64,000 nucleotides of DNA. Source: an uncultured bacterium. GTDB lineage: Bacteria; Acidobacteriota; Thermoanaerobaculia; Multivoradales; JAHZIX01. Location of the stretch: assembly GCA_965368975.1 (NCBI GenBank), contig CBDUPA010000001.1:128001-192000 (forward strand), in the 5' to 3' direction. The translations under genes and the position numbers were made by a program. Shown one piece after another: positions 9,102-19,285 of the stretch (position 1 is its first letter; every line of letters begins with the position of its first letter). The notes under the pieces were generated by a model. It was not told the origin of the DNA and ran no database searches. It saw nothing but the letters and a program-made list of their open reading frames with translations.

Positions 9102-11398
9102 GCGGTTCGCGTGTACCGAAGCAGCCCGAGGCCGGCCTGGACGCGACCGAGCTCGTGCGGCCGCGGGCACAGTCGCTGATCCAGCCGCGAGTCCAGCGTT
9201 TAGGTGACGAGCGTACCGAGATCTCCTGGCAACTCGCTCAAGCCGGTGAGGAGATCGCCGGCGGTGAGTCCGCCTCTGACGGCTCTACTGTGTTGGATCC
9301 CGGAGAGGCGCAGCACCCATCTCGTATTGGCCCTTACCGCATCCTCGAACTGCTCGGACAAGGCGGCATGGGAGCCGTTTACCTGGCCGAGCAGGCCGAG
9401 CCGATTCGCCGACAGGTGGCGATCAAGCTCATCCATCCTGAGATGATGAGCCGTTCCGCGCTGCTGCGCTTCGACGCCGAGCGTCAGGCACTGGCGCTCA
9501 TGAAGCATCCCAACATCGCGCAGATTTTCGAGGCCGGCACCACGAGTGACGGTCATCCCTTCGTGGTCATGGAAGCGCTCGTCGGCGAGCCGCTCACTAC
9601 CTACTGCGATCGCCGGAAGCTGAGCTTGCGGCAGCGTCTCGAGATCTTTCGTCAGGTTTGCGCCGGTGTTCAACACGCGCATCAGAAGGGCGTGCTGCAT
9701 CGCGACCTCAAACCGAACAACGTGCTGGTGGTCGAAGATGACGATGGACGGCCGCAGGTCAAAATCATCGACTTTGGCATCGCCAAGGCGCTCGACGATC
9801 CACTCGTCGATGCCACGCAGCTTACCAACACTTACTTGCTCGGAACCCCGGCCTATCTGAGCCCCGAATCCATCGACTCCGCCGAACAAGGTGCCGACGT
9901 GCGTTCGGACGTCTACGCCCTCGGCGTCCTGCTCTACGAACTACTTTCCAGCGGGCGCCCGTTCGAGCGCGCCGGTAGCAGTCAGGTCGACTTCTTGTGG
10001 CGCATCGTCAACGAAGAGGCGAAGCGACCGAGCGCGCGCTTCGCCTCGTGGGCGGACAGCACCCAGGAGCGAGCCGCCACCAATCGCGACCTGCAGCCCG
10101 CTGCCCTGCTGCGGCGGCTGCGGCGCGAGCTCGACTGGTTAGTGCTCAAGGCCATTGCCAAGGACCGAGAGGATCGTTACCCGTCTGTCTCGGCCCTGGA
10201 CGCCGACGTCTTCCGCTACCTCGATCACCGGCCCTTGCACGCAGCATCGCCAAGCCGCGTCGACCGCCTCGTCAAGTGGGTTCGACGCAACCGCGCCGCC
10301 CTTGCAGTTGCTGGCGTCATCCTACTGATCTTGGTCGGCGGCATTGTGGCCCGCACCCTCGAAGCCCAACGCGCCAACCGCGAAGCCGCAGCCGCTCGTC
10401 AAGCGGAAGAAGAAGCCCGCGAGGTCGTGCGCTTCCTCACCCACATGTTCCACCAGGCCGACCCCGCTCGCTTCGCTTCCGGCGATCCGGTGACCGCGCG
10501 CGAAGTGCTCGACTGGGGCGTCGAGACGATCGGCCGGCAGGACATGGTCGAACGCCCCACGGTGCGCGTGAGCCTTCTCTTCGTCTTCGCCGACGTCCTG
10601 ATCAGCCTGGGCGATGCCACCACTGCCAAGCGAGTCGCCGACGAGGCAATCCGGATCATCGAAGACGACCTAGGAGGCATGACCGCGGACCGGGCCCGCA
10701 TCCTAGGTGTCAAAGCCCTGGCCGAGGCTCGTCTGGGGCACTCCGACCTCGCCGAAGAATCCTTCCTACGTGCCGTGGAAATTCTCGAACAGGGCGGTCC
10801 AGCCGACGTCCGTGCACCCCTGCTGATGAACCTGGGGACGTTTTACGCTCAGGAGGGCGTTCCGGACAAGGCCGAGGAGTACTTCCGTCGCGGCCTGGAG
10901 CAAGCGGACCAGGTCGACAACCAGTTTGCCCCGCCCGCCAACGAGGCCCGCCATCTGAGCAACTACGGTGGCGTCCTGGCCAGCGCTGGCAAGCTGGAAG
11001 AGGCCGAACGCGTGCTGCGTCGCGGCTACATCTTCGCCGCCGAAAACCTGGGCCCGTCTCACCCATTGCGCGGCTACCTGGGCCTCAACCTGGGCACTGT
11101 CGTGCTCAACCAGGGGCGCCCTGCCGAGGCCGTGCCTTTGTTTAGGGATAGCCTGGCTGTCTTCGAGCAGAGTTTCGAACAGAGTAGCGGTACACCTTCG
11201 CCAGTGTTGCCTGGGGCTCTCGCCAACCTGGCAAGAGCCCTGGGTGAGCTAGGGCAGTACGAAGAGGCGCGGCCCTTGCTGCGTCGAGCCCTAGAGTTGC
11301 GGGAGGCTCAACTCGGGCCCGACCACCCGGCCACTCAGAACCTGCGGGAAGCCCTGGAGGCGATGGCGGAGTCCGTAGCTGAGTCGTCGAGTGAATGA
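9098..11398 (+). CDS. Hanks-type Ser/Thr protein kinase with TM helix and TPR repeats (paralog)
   Basis: LGQGGMGAVY, HRDLKPNN, DFG, GTPAYLSPE. Overlaps the previous stop codon (TTGA). Confidence 0.9.
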   Translation: MSGSRVPKQPEAGLDATELVRPRAQSLIQPRVQRLGDERTEISWQLAQAGEEIAGGESASDGSTVLDPGEAQHPSRIGPYRILELLGQGGMGAVYLAEQAEPIRRQVAIKLIHPEMMSRSALLRFDAERQALALMKHPNIAQIFEAGTTSDGHPFVVMEALVGEPLTTYCDRRKLSLRQRLEIFRQVCAGVQHAHQKGVLHRDLKPNNVLVVEDDDGRPQVKIIDFGIAKALDDPLVDATQLTNTYLLGTPAYLSPESIDSAEQGADVRSDVYALGVLLYELLSSGRPFERAGSSQVDFLWRIVNEEAKRPSARFASWADSTQERAATNRDLQPAALLRRLRRELDWLVLKAIAKDREDRYPSVSALDADVFRYLDHRPLHAASPSRVDRLVKWVRRNRAALAVAGVILLILVGGIVARTLEAQRANREAAAARQAEEEAREVVRFLTHMFHQADPARFASGDPVTAREVLDWGVETIGRQDMVERPTVRVSLLFVFADVLISLGDATTAKRVADEAIRIIEDDLGGMTADRARILGVKALAEARLGHSDLAEESFLRAVEILEQGGPADVRAPLLMNLGTFYAQEGVPDKAEEYFRRGLEQADQVDNQFAPPANEARHLSNYGGVLASAGKLEEAERVLRRGYIFAAENLGPSHPLRGYLGLNLGTVVLNQGRPAEAVPLFRDSLAVFEQSFEQSSGTPSPVLPGALANLARALGELGQYEEARPLLRRALELREAQLGPDHPATQNLREALEAMAESVAESSSE

Positions 11399-11466
11399 AC
11401 TCGGCTCCACTTACGATTCATGGTTGATGAAGGATCGAAGCAAGGGGTGCTGCTCGAGAGTTGGTT

Positions 11467-14400
11467 TCAGTTGGTGGGGAAGGGGTGGTGGCGCGTCGTA
11501 TCCTGGCTGAATCGAGACGGAGGTACTCCGTAGCGCTCGCGGAAGCGTTTGCCGAAGTAGGAGAGGCTGGGGAACCCGGTTGCGTAGCAAATCTCCGTCA
11601 CGTTTCCTCGTCCATCTCTCAGCAGCTCGGCTGCCCTGGCAAGGCGCACCTTTCGGATCAGTTCCGAAGGTGGCAAGCCGAAGCTCTGACGGACTTTGCG
11701 GAACAGCGATGTTCGATCGAGAGCCAGCGTTGAGGCAAGATTCTCGACCTTGAAACTGGGATCTGCCAGGTTCCCGAGGATAGCTTGACGGACCCTCGCC
11801 TCGAAATTCTGTGGCCTGGCTTCCAGCTCTGGCGGCTGCCAGCGAAGACGCTCACTCAGGCGCCGGCGGGATGCAAGAATTCCAGAAACTCGAGCGACCA
11901 ACTCGGCGCCATCGAAGGGCTTGCTCATGTAGTCGTCGGCTCCCGCCTGAAATCCGTTGAGCGTGTCCTGCTGGCTTGTACGGGCGGTCAGAAGGAGTAC
12001 CGGTAGGAAGAAGATCTCTGGGTCCTGGCGCAACTGCTGGGTCATGGTCAGGCCGTCGAGGCCCGGCATCATGACGTCACTGACGATGAGGTCCGGCAAT
12101 TCCCTGCGGGCAATGACCAGAGCTTCTTCACCATCGCTAGCCTCCAGGACCCGGAAACTGGTGGCCAGGCGTACGGTCAGGAACCTCCGTAGCTCGACGT
12201 TGTCGTCGACGACCAGGACCGCCGGGAGCTCTGCATCCTCCAACCCGGTAGTGTCTTCCAACTCGGTAGTATCTTCCAACTCGGGAGCTCTCGCCGTTGC
12301 TGGCAGCTCTCGAGCTCCTGAGGTCTCAGGCTGCGCCAGCGGTCCGTCGATTTCCTGCAGGTTCTCGGGTTGGAAGTGGTCTCGCCCCCGCCGTAGCGTC
12401 ACCGTGAAGACGCTGCCTTCGGTCAACCGGCTGCGGACTTGAACGTGGCCGCCATGAAGCTCGGTGAACTCCTTGACCAGGGCAAGGCCGATCCCAGTCC
12501 CCGGTTGCCGAGAGGTCGCCTGGGGGCCCTGGAAGTAGCGTTCGAAGATCTGAGGCAGAGCATCCTCGGGAATCCCCTGTCCGGTATCCGTCACTTCCAA
12601 GACAGCTTTGTCCGTGGTCGCCCAGAGGCGAAGGCGAACGGCCCCCCCGGTCGGAGTGAACTTGATGGCGTTCGAGAGCAGGTTCGAGATGACTTTGCTC
12701 ATCGCGTCCGGATCGAAGGTCAGCAGGAGCGGCCGGTCCGGCAAGGCCACTTCCCAGCTCAGATCTCTGCGCTTGGCTTCCGTCGAGAAGGCTGCGGTTT
12801 CCGATTGCACGAAAGCGGCGAAGTCGTCTTCGATCAGTCGGAGTCGTGAATGGCCTGCTTCCAGGCGGCCGATGTCGAGTACCTGGCCGACGAGCCCCAC
12901 CATGCGGCGTGTGCTGCGCAGGGCCATGTCGAGGTTCTGTCTCCCCGTGCAACTGAGTTGGCTGGTTCGGTCGTTTCGAAGCTCCTCGAGCGGCCCCATG
13001 GTCAGTGTCAGTGGGGTGCGAAATTCGTGGGAGACATTGGCGATGAATCGCGCTTTCGCGTCGTACATCTGTTGGATTCGGTGCGCTTGATCCCGGACTT
13101 GGGTGGTGCGCTCCACCACCACCACCTCGAGTCTGCGGTTGGCGAAGAGCAGGCCGAGGACCAGGCCTCCGAGGCTCAGCACATAGAGGGTGTAGGCCCA
13201 CCAGGTTCGCCACCAAGGAGGGTGAACCTCGACGGCCAGGTGGACTTCTTGCTCGCTCCAGGTGCCGTGAGGGTTCGCGGCCTTGACACGCAACAAGTGT
13301 TCGCCCGGGGGCAGGTCTGTATAGGTCACCAGACGCTGGTCAGCGCCGACGGAGATCCAGTCCTTGTCGACCCCTTCGAGCTTGTAGGCGTAGCGGTTGG
13401 CACTCGGGTTGGCAAAGTGCAGCGCTGCGAACTCGAAGGAGACAAGATCCTCGTCGGGCCCGAGGTGGATCCCTTCGGTCAGGTGCAGGGGGCGTTCGAG
13501 GAGCCCCGGTGCTCCCGGGGTCACGGCGACAGTTTGGTTCCGCAGACGCAGGTCGGTCAGCACCAGCAGTGGCCCCGTAGGGTCGCGTTCGAACGTCCTG
13601 GGTCGGAAGATGGTCAAGCCTTCCGGTCCGCCGAAGACCATGTGGCCATCCCGGGTGCGAAGGGCAGCTCCCTTGTTGTAGCCACCTGGCAAGGTTCCAT
13701 CGTCGACTCCGTAGTTTCGGAAGACCTCCGCTTGCGGATCGAAGCTCGAGATCCCTGCCACGGTACTCAACCACAAGTGGCCCGCGTCGTCGGGCAGGAT
13801 CGCTTCGATCAGGTCCGAGGACAGGCCCTGGCGTACTGTGAAGTGCCGTAACTCGGACCCCTGCTGCTCGAACTCGAGGCGGAAGAGCCCGGCGTTGGTG
13901 CCGATCCAGACGCGTTTCTCTTCATCTTCATAGATCGAGCTGACGCTGGGTTGGCCCTCGCTTCCGGGATAGAGAGAGAAATGCTCAAAGGTATCGGCTC
14001 CGGCGTTCAGCCGTGCCAGTCCTCGGTCGGAGAAGCCCACCCAAACGGTCCCGTCGCTGCCGCAGGTGAGGGTCTTGATGCCACTTGGCATCAGCGATCC
14101 GATGTCGCCTGGACGATGCCTGAAGGTGGTGGTGCTGCCGTCGGGGGCGAGCTTCGTCAGCCCGCGGTAGGCTACCCAGAGGGCCTGGTTTCGGTCGAGG
14201 CAAAGGGCATTGACGTAGTCTCGGCGCGCGGGGTTTTCCTGCAGGTCGAGGGTCTGGAGCCGCGTTCTCGTCGGTGTCCACAGCTCGATCTCACCGGGTC
14301 GGAATCCCACCCACACGTGACCGTCGGGCCGACCGACGATGCCGATGACATCGCGGGTCGGATCACCGGAGTCGCGGGGCCTGGAAAAAACTCCCGAGGA

Positions 14401-15588
14401 AGTCTCGAAGTGAGCCACCCCCTCCGTGGTCCCCAGCCAGATTGCTCCTTCACGGTCGTGGTGCAAGGCGAGAACCCCGCCTGGTGGCGATCGCAACGGG
14501 TCGGTGCTCTGCAAGTAGCTGACGAACTGCAGGGCGTTCAAGTCTATGCGGGCGACACCGCCGTACCAGGTACCAATCCAGAGAATGCCGGTGCGGTCCT
14601 GGAAAATCGACGCAATGCTGTTATTGGGCAGGGCGCCCAACTGGTGCGGATCCTGAAAGAAGTTCTGACAACTGCCGGTGGCACGATCGAGCAGAGAGAG
14701 TCCTTGATCAGTGCCGACCCAGAGGTGCCCCGCCCTATCTTCGAAGATGGTGTTGACCTGCTGGCCAGCCAGCGAGCCGGGATCTGCCGGATCGTGCCGG
14801 AAGACGTGAAACGACCGGGAAACTTCATTGAATCGAGCCAGCCCACCGGCGGTGCCCACCCACAAGACGCCCTCCTCATCTCGCAGCAACGCCAGCACCT
14901 GGTCATTGGGCAACGAACGCGGATCCGAGGGATCGCTACGAAAGGTCTCTAGGACGCCAGCCGCGGGATCGAAGTGAACCAGACCCTGGCGCGAGGTTGC
15001 AATCCACAAGCTCCCCTCGGTGGCTTCCATGACTCCCCGGATTCCTCTCTCCAGGCCGGCCACAGCCTGGCGGGTGAAGGTTTCCGTTTGCGGGTGAAAC
15101 AGCGCCAGACCGCCTGAGGTGGCGATCCACAGTCTGTCCCGTCGATCCTGGAAGATGTCCCAGATCCGATCGTGGGGAAGAGAACTCGCGTCAGCCTCGT
15201 CATGACGGTAGGCGACAAAGCTCTCGCGTTCGGCATCGAAGCGGTTCAGCCCGCCCTCGGCGGTCCCCAGCCACAGGGAGCCAGCATGGTCTTGGAAGAG
15301 CTTCCAGATTCTGTTGGCGGAGATGGAAGTGGGGACTTCACGGTCGTGCCGAAAGACCCTCGTCTGGTAGCCATCGAAACGGGCCGCGCCACCCTGGGTC
15401 GCGAACCACATGAAGCCATGCTGATCCTGGAGCACCGAGAGCACCGACTGCTGCGGGAGCCCTTGCTCGATGGACAGTGTCTCGAAGTACAGCCGCTCTG
15501 GGAGCGCGTCGAGGCACACCGGTAGCCAAAGGGCAAGCCCGAGGACCACGAGGTCTTTCCTGAGGACGGCGGCGAAGTGTGGGCGCAT
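11467..15588 (-). CDS. Hybrid two-component sensor (beta-propeller/Y_Y_Y - HisKA - HATPase - receiver - AraC HTH)
   Basis: Repeated D..G.LW.GT propeller blades, YAYKLEG, SHEFRTPL, NLLSNAIKF, GTGIGL, DVMMPG and an AraC tail GFPSLSYFGKRFRERYG. Confidence 0.93.
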   Translation of the reverse strand: MRPHFAAVLRKDLVVLGLALWLPVCLDALPERLYFETLSIEQGLPQQSVLSVLQDQHGFMWFATQGGAARFDGYQTRVFRHDREVPTSISANRIWKLFQDHAGSLWLGTAEGGLNRFDAERESFVAYRHDEADASSLPHDRIWDIFQDRRDRLWIATSGGLALFHPQTETFTRQAVAGLERGIRGVMEATEGSLWIATSRQGLVHFDPAAGVLETFRSDPSDPRSLPNDQVLALLRDEEGVLWVGTAGGLARFNEVSRSFHVFRHDPADPGSLAGQQVNTIFEDRAGHLWVGTDQGLSLLDRATGSCQNFFQDPHQLGALPNNSIASIFQDRTGILWIGTWYGGVARIDLNALQFVSYLQSTDPLRSPPGGVLALHHDREGAIWLGTTEGVAHFETSSGVFSRPRDSGDPTRDVIGIVGRPDGHVWVGFRPGEIELWTPTRTRLQTLDLQENPARRDYVNALCLDRNQALWVAYRGLTKLAPDGSTTTFRHRPGDIGSLMPSGIKTLTCGSDGTVWVGFSDRGLARLNAGADTFEHFSLYPGSEGQPSVSSIYEDEEKRVWIGTNAGLFRLEFEQQGSELRHFTVRQGLSSDLIEAILPDDAGHLWLSTVAGISSFDPQAEVFRNYGVDDGTLPGGYNKGAALRTRDGHMVFGGPEGLTIFRPRTFERDPTGPLLVLTDLRLRNQTVAVTPGAPGLLERPLHLTEGIHLGPDEDLVSFEFAALHFANPSANRYAYKLEGVDKDWISVGADQRLVTYTDLPPGEHLLRVKAANPHGTWSEQEVHLAVEVHPPWWRTWWAYTLYVLSLGGLVLGLLFANRRLEVVVVERTTQVRDQAHRIQQMYDAKARFIANVSHEFRTPLTLTMGPLEELRNDRTSQLSCTGRQNLDMALRSTRRMVGLVGQVLDIGRLEAGHSRLRLIEDDFAAFVQSETAAFSTEAKRRDLSWEVALPDRPLLLTFDPDAMSKVISNLLSNAIKFTPTGGAVRLRLWATTDKAVLEVTDTGQGIPEDALPQIFERYFQGPQATSRQPGTGIGLALVKEFTELHGGHVQVRSRLTEGSVFTVTLRRGRDHFQPENLQEIDGPLAQPETSGARELPATARAPELEDTTELEDTTGLEDAELPAVLVVDDNVELRRFLTVRLATSFRVLEASDGEEALVIARRELPDLIVSDVMMPGLDGLTMTQQLRQDPEIFFLPVLLLTARTSQQDTLNGFQAGADDYMSKPFDGAELVARVSGILASRRRLSERLRWQPPELEARPQNFEARVRQAILGNLADPSFKVENLASTLALDRTSLFRKVRQSFGLPPSELIRKVRLARAAELLRDGRGNVTEICYATGFPSLSYFGKRFRERYGVPPSRFSQDTTRHHPFPTN
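12235..12284 (-). repeat. In-frame 18-bp tandem repeat (ELEDTT ELEDTT GLEDA) in the kinase-receiver linker
   Basis: Visible in both DNA and translation. Confidence 0.7.
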
Positions 15589-15773
15589 CCGGTCGATTCC
15601 CCTGACAGCCTTGTCATGCGAGCGTCGACCTATTGTCTCAGATTTGCTTTTCTCAGATCTTCAGCGTCAAAGCAAGGTCGGGTGAGGTCTTGTTGCCCCG
15701 CCTTGGGCTCGGGGCGGGACGGATAGGGATGCGTGACGGGGGCAAGGGTGGTTCCGAAGACGAACCAGGTACC

Positions 15774-15806
15774 AAAGGAGAAGGGCAGGCGCTACGGCCT
15801 GCCCTT
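15774..15806 (-). terminator. Intrinsic terminator candidate after the 86-aa gene
   Basis: Perfect 10-bp stem AAGGGCAGGC/GCCTGCCCTT (15781-15806), followed on the minus strand by CTCCTTT. Confidence 0.55.
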
Positions 15807-15838
15807 GCAGCGAGTCGACGGAGTTTCGAAGCGACGGC

Positions 15839-16099
15839 TCAGAAATCATCCATGGCGATGTCCGGAGCGAGTTCCGCAGCGTCGGCAGCAGCGTCGCCGC
15901 CGGCTCCTCCTTCTCCGGCTTCCTCGTCGGCGCCGGATCCACTCTCAGCGGCAGCGGTACCCCGCGTGGTTCGCGCCTGCTTGTGAATTTCCTCGCCTAC
16001 CGGAGTTTCATCGATTCCATGAGCTGTCGCGTTCGCCGCATCGTCGACTCCATGGCCGACGCTGTCAGCCGCGTGTTCGATACTACCAAACAAGGACAT
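15839..16099 (-). CDS. Small acidic low-complexity protein (86 aa)
   Basis: Strong RBS AAAGGAGGGAGCCCTC-ATG and a downstream terminator hairpin. Roughly 11-residue repeats ending in His. Confidence 0.65.
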   Translation of the reverse strand: MSLFGSIEHAADSVGHGVDDAANATAHGIDETPVGEEIHKQARTTRGTAAAESGSGADEEAGEGGAGGDAAADAAELAPDIAMDDF

Positions 16100-16244
16100 G
16101 AGGGCTCCCTCCTTTGTGGATGGTGGGTAGCGCCCGGGTCTCAGGACAATCGCTGGTCGGACGCTAGTGTCTCAGGTGTTGCGCTTGTGCGCTCTCGACA
16201 CTGGAAACCTATGTCCTCGTGAGGAGGTGGTGTTAGCTCCGTAG

Positions 16245-16270
16245 GTTGCAGAGATTCGTTCGTTTGTTGC
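16245..16270 (-). promoter_or_regulatory. Direct repeat GCAAC with 21-bp period; candidate AraC-family binding site
   Basis: GTTGC at 16245 and 16266 on the + strand, upstream of the 86-aa gene. Confidence 0.35.
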
Positions 16271-16352
16271 GATCGGGCGTTCTCTCGGTACCAAGAAAGC
16301 GGTTTGAGACTTTGCGGGACGCTCGTAGTCCTGGCGCCCTGGACGCAAGGCC

Positions 16353-17258
16353 TCAGGCCGGTTGCCCGGTCGCCTCGTCGGTCGACGCGTCGCCGCGCCT
16401 GAAGAAGCGGCGGAAGATCGCGACCAGGCCGACAATGGCCAGAATCAGGAACTTCTTGCCCGCCAGGAGCAGCTTCAGTAGCCCCGCGAACAGCCCCGCC
16501 TTGGCCGCGAGCTTGCCGGTCACCAAAGCTCCGAGGCCGTAGGCTGCGATCCTGTCGCCGTCCACGAAGTCGTCGTAGCGGTGCCCGTCGTTGAACGCCA
16601 CCGCCCCCAGCACCTCGTCCATGTCGCGCTCCACATCCGCCAGCTGGTGCATGCCCGCCACCGCATTCAGCTGCAGCACGCCCCGCCGCCCCAGCACACG
16701 GATGTTGTAGTTCAGGCTCTCGCCCTCGTCGAAGCGCAGATGTTTGGCCCAGTGCAACTTGTGCCCCTGCGCGTCATAGTGCGGCGGCGCCGCCCAGCCC
16801 ACCAGCTGCATCGACCCATACCCCGCCTCCTGCCGCGCCTCACTTTCCTCCCGCGTCTCCGCCTGCATCTGCGCCAGCAACTCGTCATAGTCGATCGCCG
16901 CCGCGTCCGAGTCGTCGACATGACCGTCCTCGGCATAGGTGATGATCACCCCCCAGCCTGCGTCCGAAAACGGATCGATGCCCGCCGGCACGATCATGCC
17001 CAGACTCTCGCCTCCCGGCGGATTGCCCCAACCGACGATTACCGTCTCGGTGTCGGCAGGGTCTAGGTACTCCAGGCTGGCCGGCAGGTCCAGCGTCGCG
17101 ATCCCGTTGGCCACCTCCACCGTGCCGCTCTGGTAGTCGAGGCTGGCTTCGAGCTGGTTGTAGTAGGTCTCCGGATCGATGTCGGGAGTGTCTTGGGCGA
17201 GGGTGGAGAGGGGAAGAAGGCAGAGACTGAGGGCGAAGCAGAGAAGGGATGAACGCAT
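16353..17258 (-). CDS. DUF2167 family membrane-anchored protein
   Basis: Signal peptide, GHVDDSDAAAIDYDELL, LVGWAAPPHYD..KLHWAK, LNYNIRVLGRRG, AYGLGALV..AAKAGL and a C-terminal TM helix. Confidence 0.88.
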   Translation of the reverse strand: MRSSLLCFALSLCLLPLSTLAQDTPDIDPETYYNQLEASLDYQSGTVEVANGIATLDLPASLEYLDPADTETVIVGWGNPPGGESLGMIVPAGIDPFSDAGWGVIITYAEDGHVDDSDAAAIDYDELLAQMQAETREESEARQEAGYGSMQLVGWAAPPHYDAQGHKLHWAKHLRFDEGESLNYNIRVLGRRGVLQLNAVAGMHQLADVERDMDEVLGAVAFNDGHRYDDFVDGDRIAAYGLGALVTGKLAAKAGLFAGLLKLLLAGKKFLILAIVGLVAIFRRFFRRGDASTDEATGQPA

Positions 17259-17507
17259 GGTGGAACTCCTATTCGTCGGCGTGGATGCGCGTCCACGGTC
17301 TTGGTCTCGATTGAATGGTCTCGGCGGGGAAGTGCCGCCCGGAATCATCAAGTGAGACAGACGCAAGGGGAGGAATTCTCACCGCCGGTTTGCTAGGCTT
17401 CGCGATGAAGGATTGAAGCAGGTTGTGCGCGTAGTGTCGGGTCCGGGAACCGGATTTCGGCTTTCGTGCGACGAGAAACTAACCGCACGGGGCAACACCC
17501 TTCGGAT

Positions 17508-19088
17508 CTAGCCGCCCGACGATTTCCCGACCGCTACCCCCTCGACCCTCCCCGTCACCCGTGCCAACTCCCGCAACCTCGACGCCGACGCCGTATCAAA
17601 GTTCCGTTCCCTCGCCCGCCACGCCCAATTGTCTTCTGCCCGTCCCGGAACATTCATCCGCGCTTCGCTACCCAGCCCGCTGACGTCCTGCATCGGTAGC
17701 ACGGCCAGCTTGGCCACGGACGTGTAGGCGACCCGGGTCAGGGCTTCGTGGACATCCGCGACGCCTTGGTTGCCGCAGAAGGTCTGGACCCGGCCCTGCG
17801 CTTCGGCGTCGAGATCCGTGTACCAGCCGACGGTGGTGTTGCAGTCGTGGGTGCCGGTGTAGAGGACGGTAGCGGGGTCCAGCTGGTGCGGGCCGTGCTC
17901 GCTGTGGCCGTGCTCGTCGAAGGCGAAGTGCAGGACACGCATGCAGGGGAGTCGCAGGTGGGCGAGGAGGGCGCGCACGTCGTCGGTGATGACGCCGAGG
18001 TCTTCGGCCACCAGGGGCAGCGGGCCCAGCTGGCGTTCCAGGGCGTCGAAGAGGGCGGTGCCGGGGCCGGGGAGCCAGCTGCCGTCGCGGGCGGTGGGGG
18101 CGCCGGCGGGGACGGCCCAGTAGCCGGCGAAGCCGCGGAAGTGGTCGAGGCGGACGAGGTCGGTTTGACGCAGGTTGGCGGCGAGGCGATCGGCCCACCA
18201 GGTGTAGCCGTCGATGGCCATGCGGGACCAGTTGTAGAGTGGGTTGCCCCACAGTTGACCGTCTGCGCACAGATCGTCCGGGGGCACGCCAGCGACGTGG
18301 CTCGGGCGGCCGTCGGGGTCGAGGTCGAAGAGGTGGGGTTGGGCCCAGACTTCGGCGCTGTCGTGGGCGACGTAGATCGGCAGGTCGCCGAGCAGACGCA
18401 GACCGCGACGATGCACCTCGGCGCGCACGCGCTGCCATTGCTCGGCGAACAGCCATTGCACGAAGCGGTGGTAGGCGGTCGCGTCGGCGTGCTCGCGGCG
18501 AGCTTGCGCCAAGGCGGTGGGTTCGCGGCGGGTGAGGAGAGGCTCCCAGTCGAGCCAGCCTTGCTGACGGAATGTCTCCTTGAGGGCGCGGAAGAGAGCG
18601 AAGTCGTCGAGCCAGCCCTTCTGCTCGGGAGCCTGCTCGAAGGTCTCCAGACGCGCGCGTTGTTCAGGGCCGGCGTCGTGACGGAAGGCTTCCCAGGCGC
18701 GGCGCAGGAGCGGAGTCTTCCAGGCTTCGGCGAGCTGGAAGTCGACCCGGTCGGGGGCGACCCGGTCGGGCGCCGGGGTCGATGGCGCTGGCGGCTGCAC
18801 CTCGGCGGTCGACAGCAGTCCCATGTCGACGAGGCCGTCCGGCGACAGGAGCAGCGGGTTGCCGGCGAAGGCGGAGAAGCTGTTGTAGGGTGAGGCATAG
18901 GCTGCCGGCGGGGTCAGGGGCAGGACTTGCCAGACCCCGAAGCCGGCGTCGACGGCCCAGTCGAGAAAGCGGTCGACGCCATGGCCGAGGTCCCCGACCG
19001 GGGTGCGTCCCGGCAGGGAAGTCGGGTGCAGCAAAATACCGGCCTGACGGCGGTCGAGGCCCTTGGAAGGGGTGCTGGGAGGACTCAT
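17508..19088 (-). CDS. malQ: 4-alpha-glucanotransferase (amylomaltase, GH77)
   Basis: GILLHPTSLPG, WQVLPL, GDLPIYV, GQLWGNPLY, RLDHFRGF, AEDLG, YTGTHD, RMNVPG. Confidence 0.95.
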   Translation of the reverse strand: MSPPSTPSKGLDRRQAGILLHPTSLPGRTPVGDLGHGVDRFLDWAVDAGFGVWQVLPLTPPAAYASPYNSFSAFAGNPLLLSPDGLVDMGLLSTAEVQPPAPSTPAPDRVAPDRVDFQLAEAWKTPLLRRAWEAFRHDAGPEQRARLETFEQAPEQKGWLDDFALFRALKETFRQQGWLDWEPLLTRREPTALAQARREHADATAYHRFVQWLFAEQWQRVRAEVHRRGLRLLGDLPIYVAHDSAEVWAQPHLFDLDPDGRPSHVAGVPPDDLCADGQLWGNPLYNWSRMAIDGYTWWADRLAANLRQTDLVRLDHFRGFAGYWAVPAGAPTARDGSWLPGPGTALFDALERQLGPLPLVAEDLGVITDDVRALLAHLRLPCMRVLHFAFDEHGHSEHGPHQLDPATVLYTGTHDCNTTVGWYTDLDAEAQGRVQTFCGNQGVADVHEALTRVAYTSVAKLAVLPMQDVSGLGSEARMNVPGRAEDNWAWRARERNFDTASASRLRELARVTGRVEGVAVGKSSGG

Positions 19089-19285
19089 GTCAGGGCATCC
19101 TACTCGTTTCGACTTTTGCCGTCATCTATGCTAGAAAACGCCGGTTATCGCCCACCTGCCATGCAAGATCTGCCAGCGCCCGATCCACTCCTGAAGAACC
19201 TGTCACCTTGAAAGATCTCCCATCCAGCTAGACGGTTGATGGCCTGTCGCCTGTCTAGCCCAAGACCGGAGAGGTAAGAGACGCT

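Noticed and set aside
15667-15942. 91-aa ORF as a frameshifted continuation of the 86-aa gene
   Set aside because: It has no RBS, runs through the terminator hairpin and has no recognisable composition.
15839-16099. RiPP precursor with a local biosynthetic cluster
   Set aside because: No modifying enzyme, peptidase-transporter or recognisable leader motif nearby. Kept only as a small protein of unknown role.
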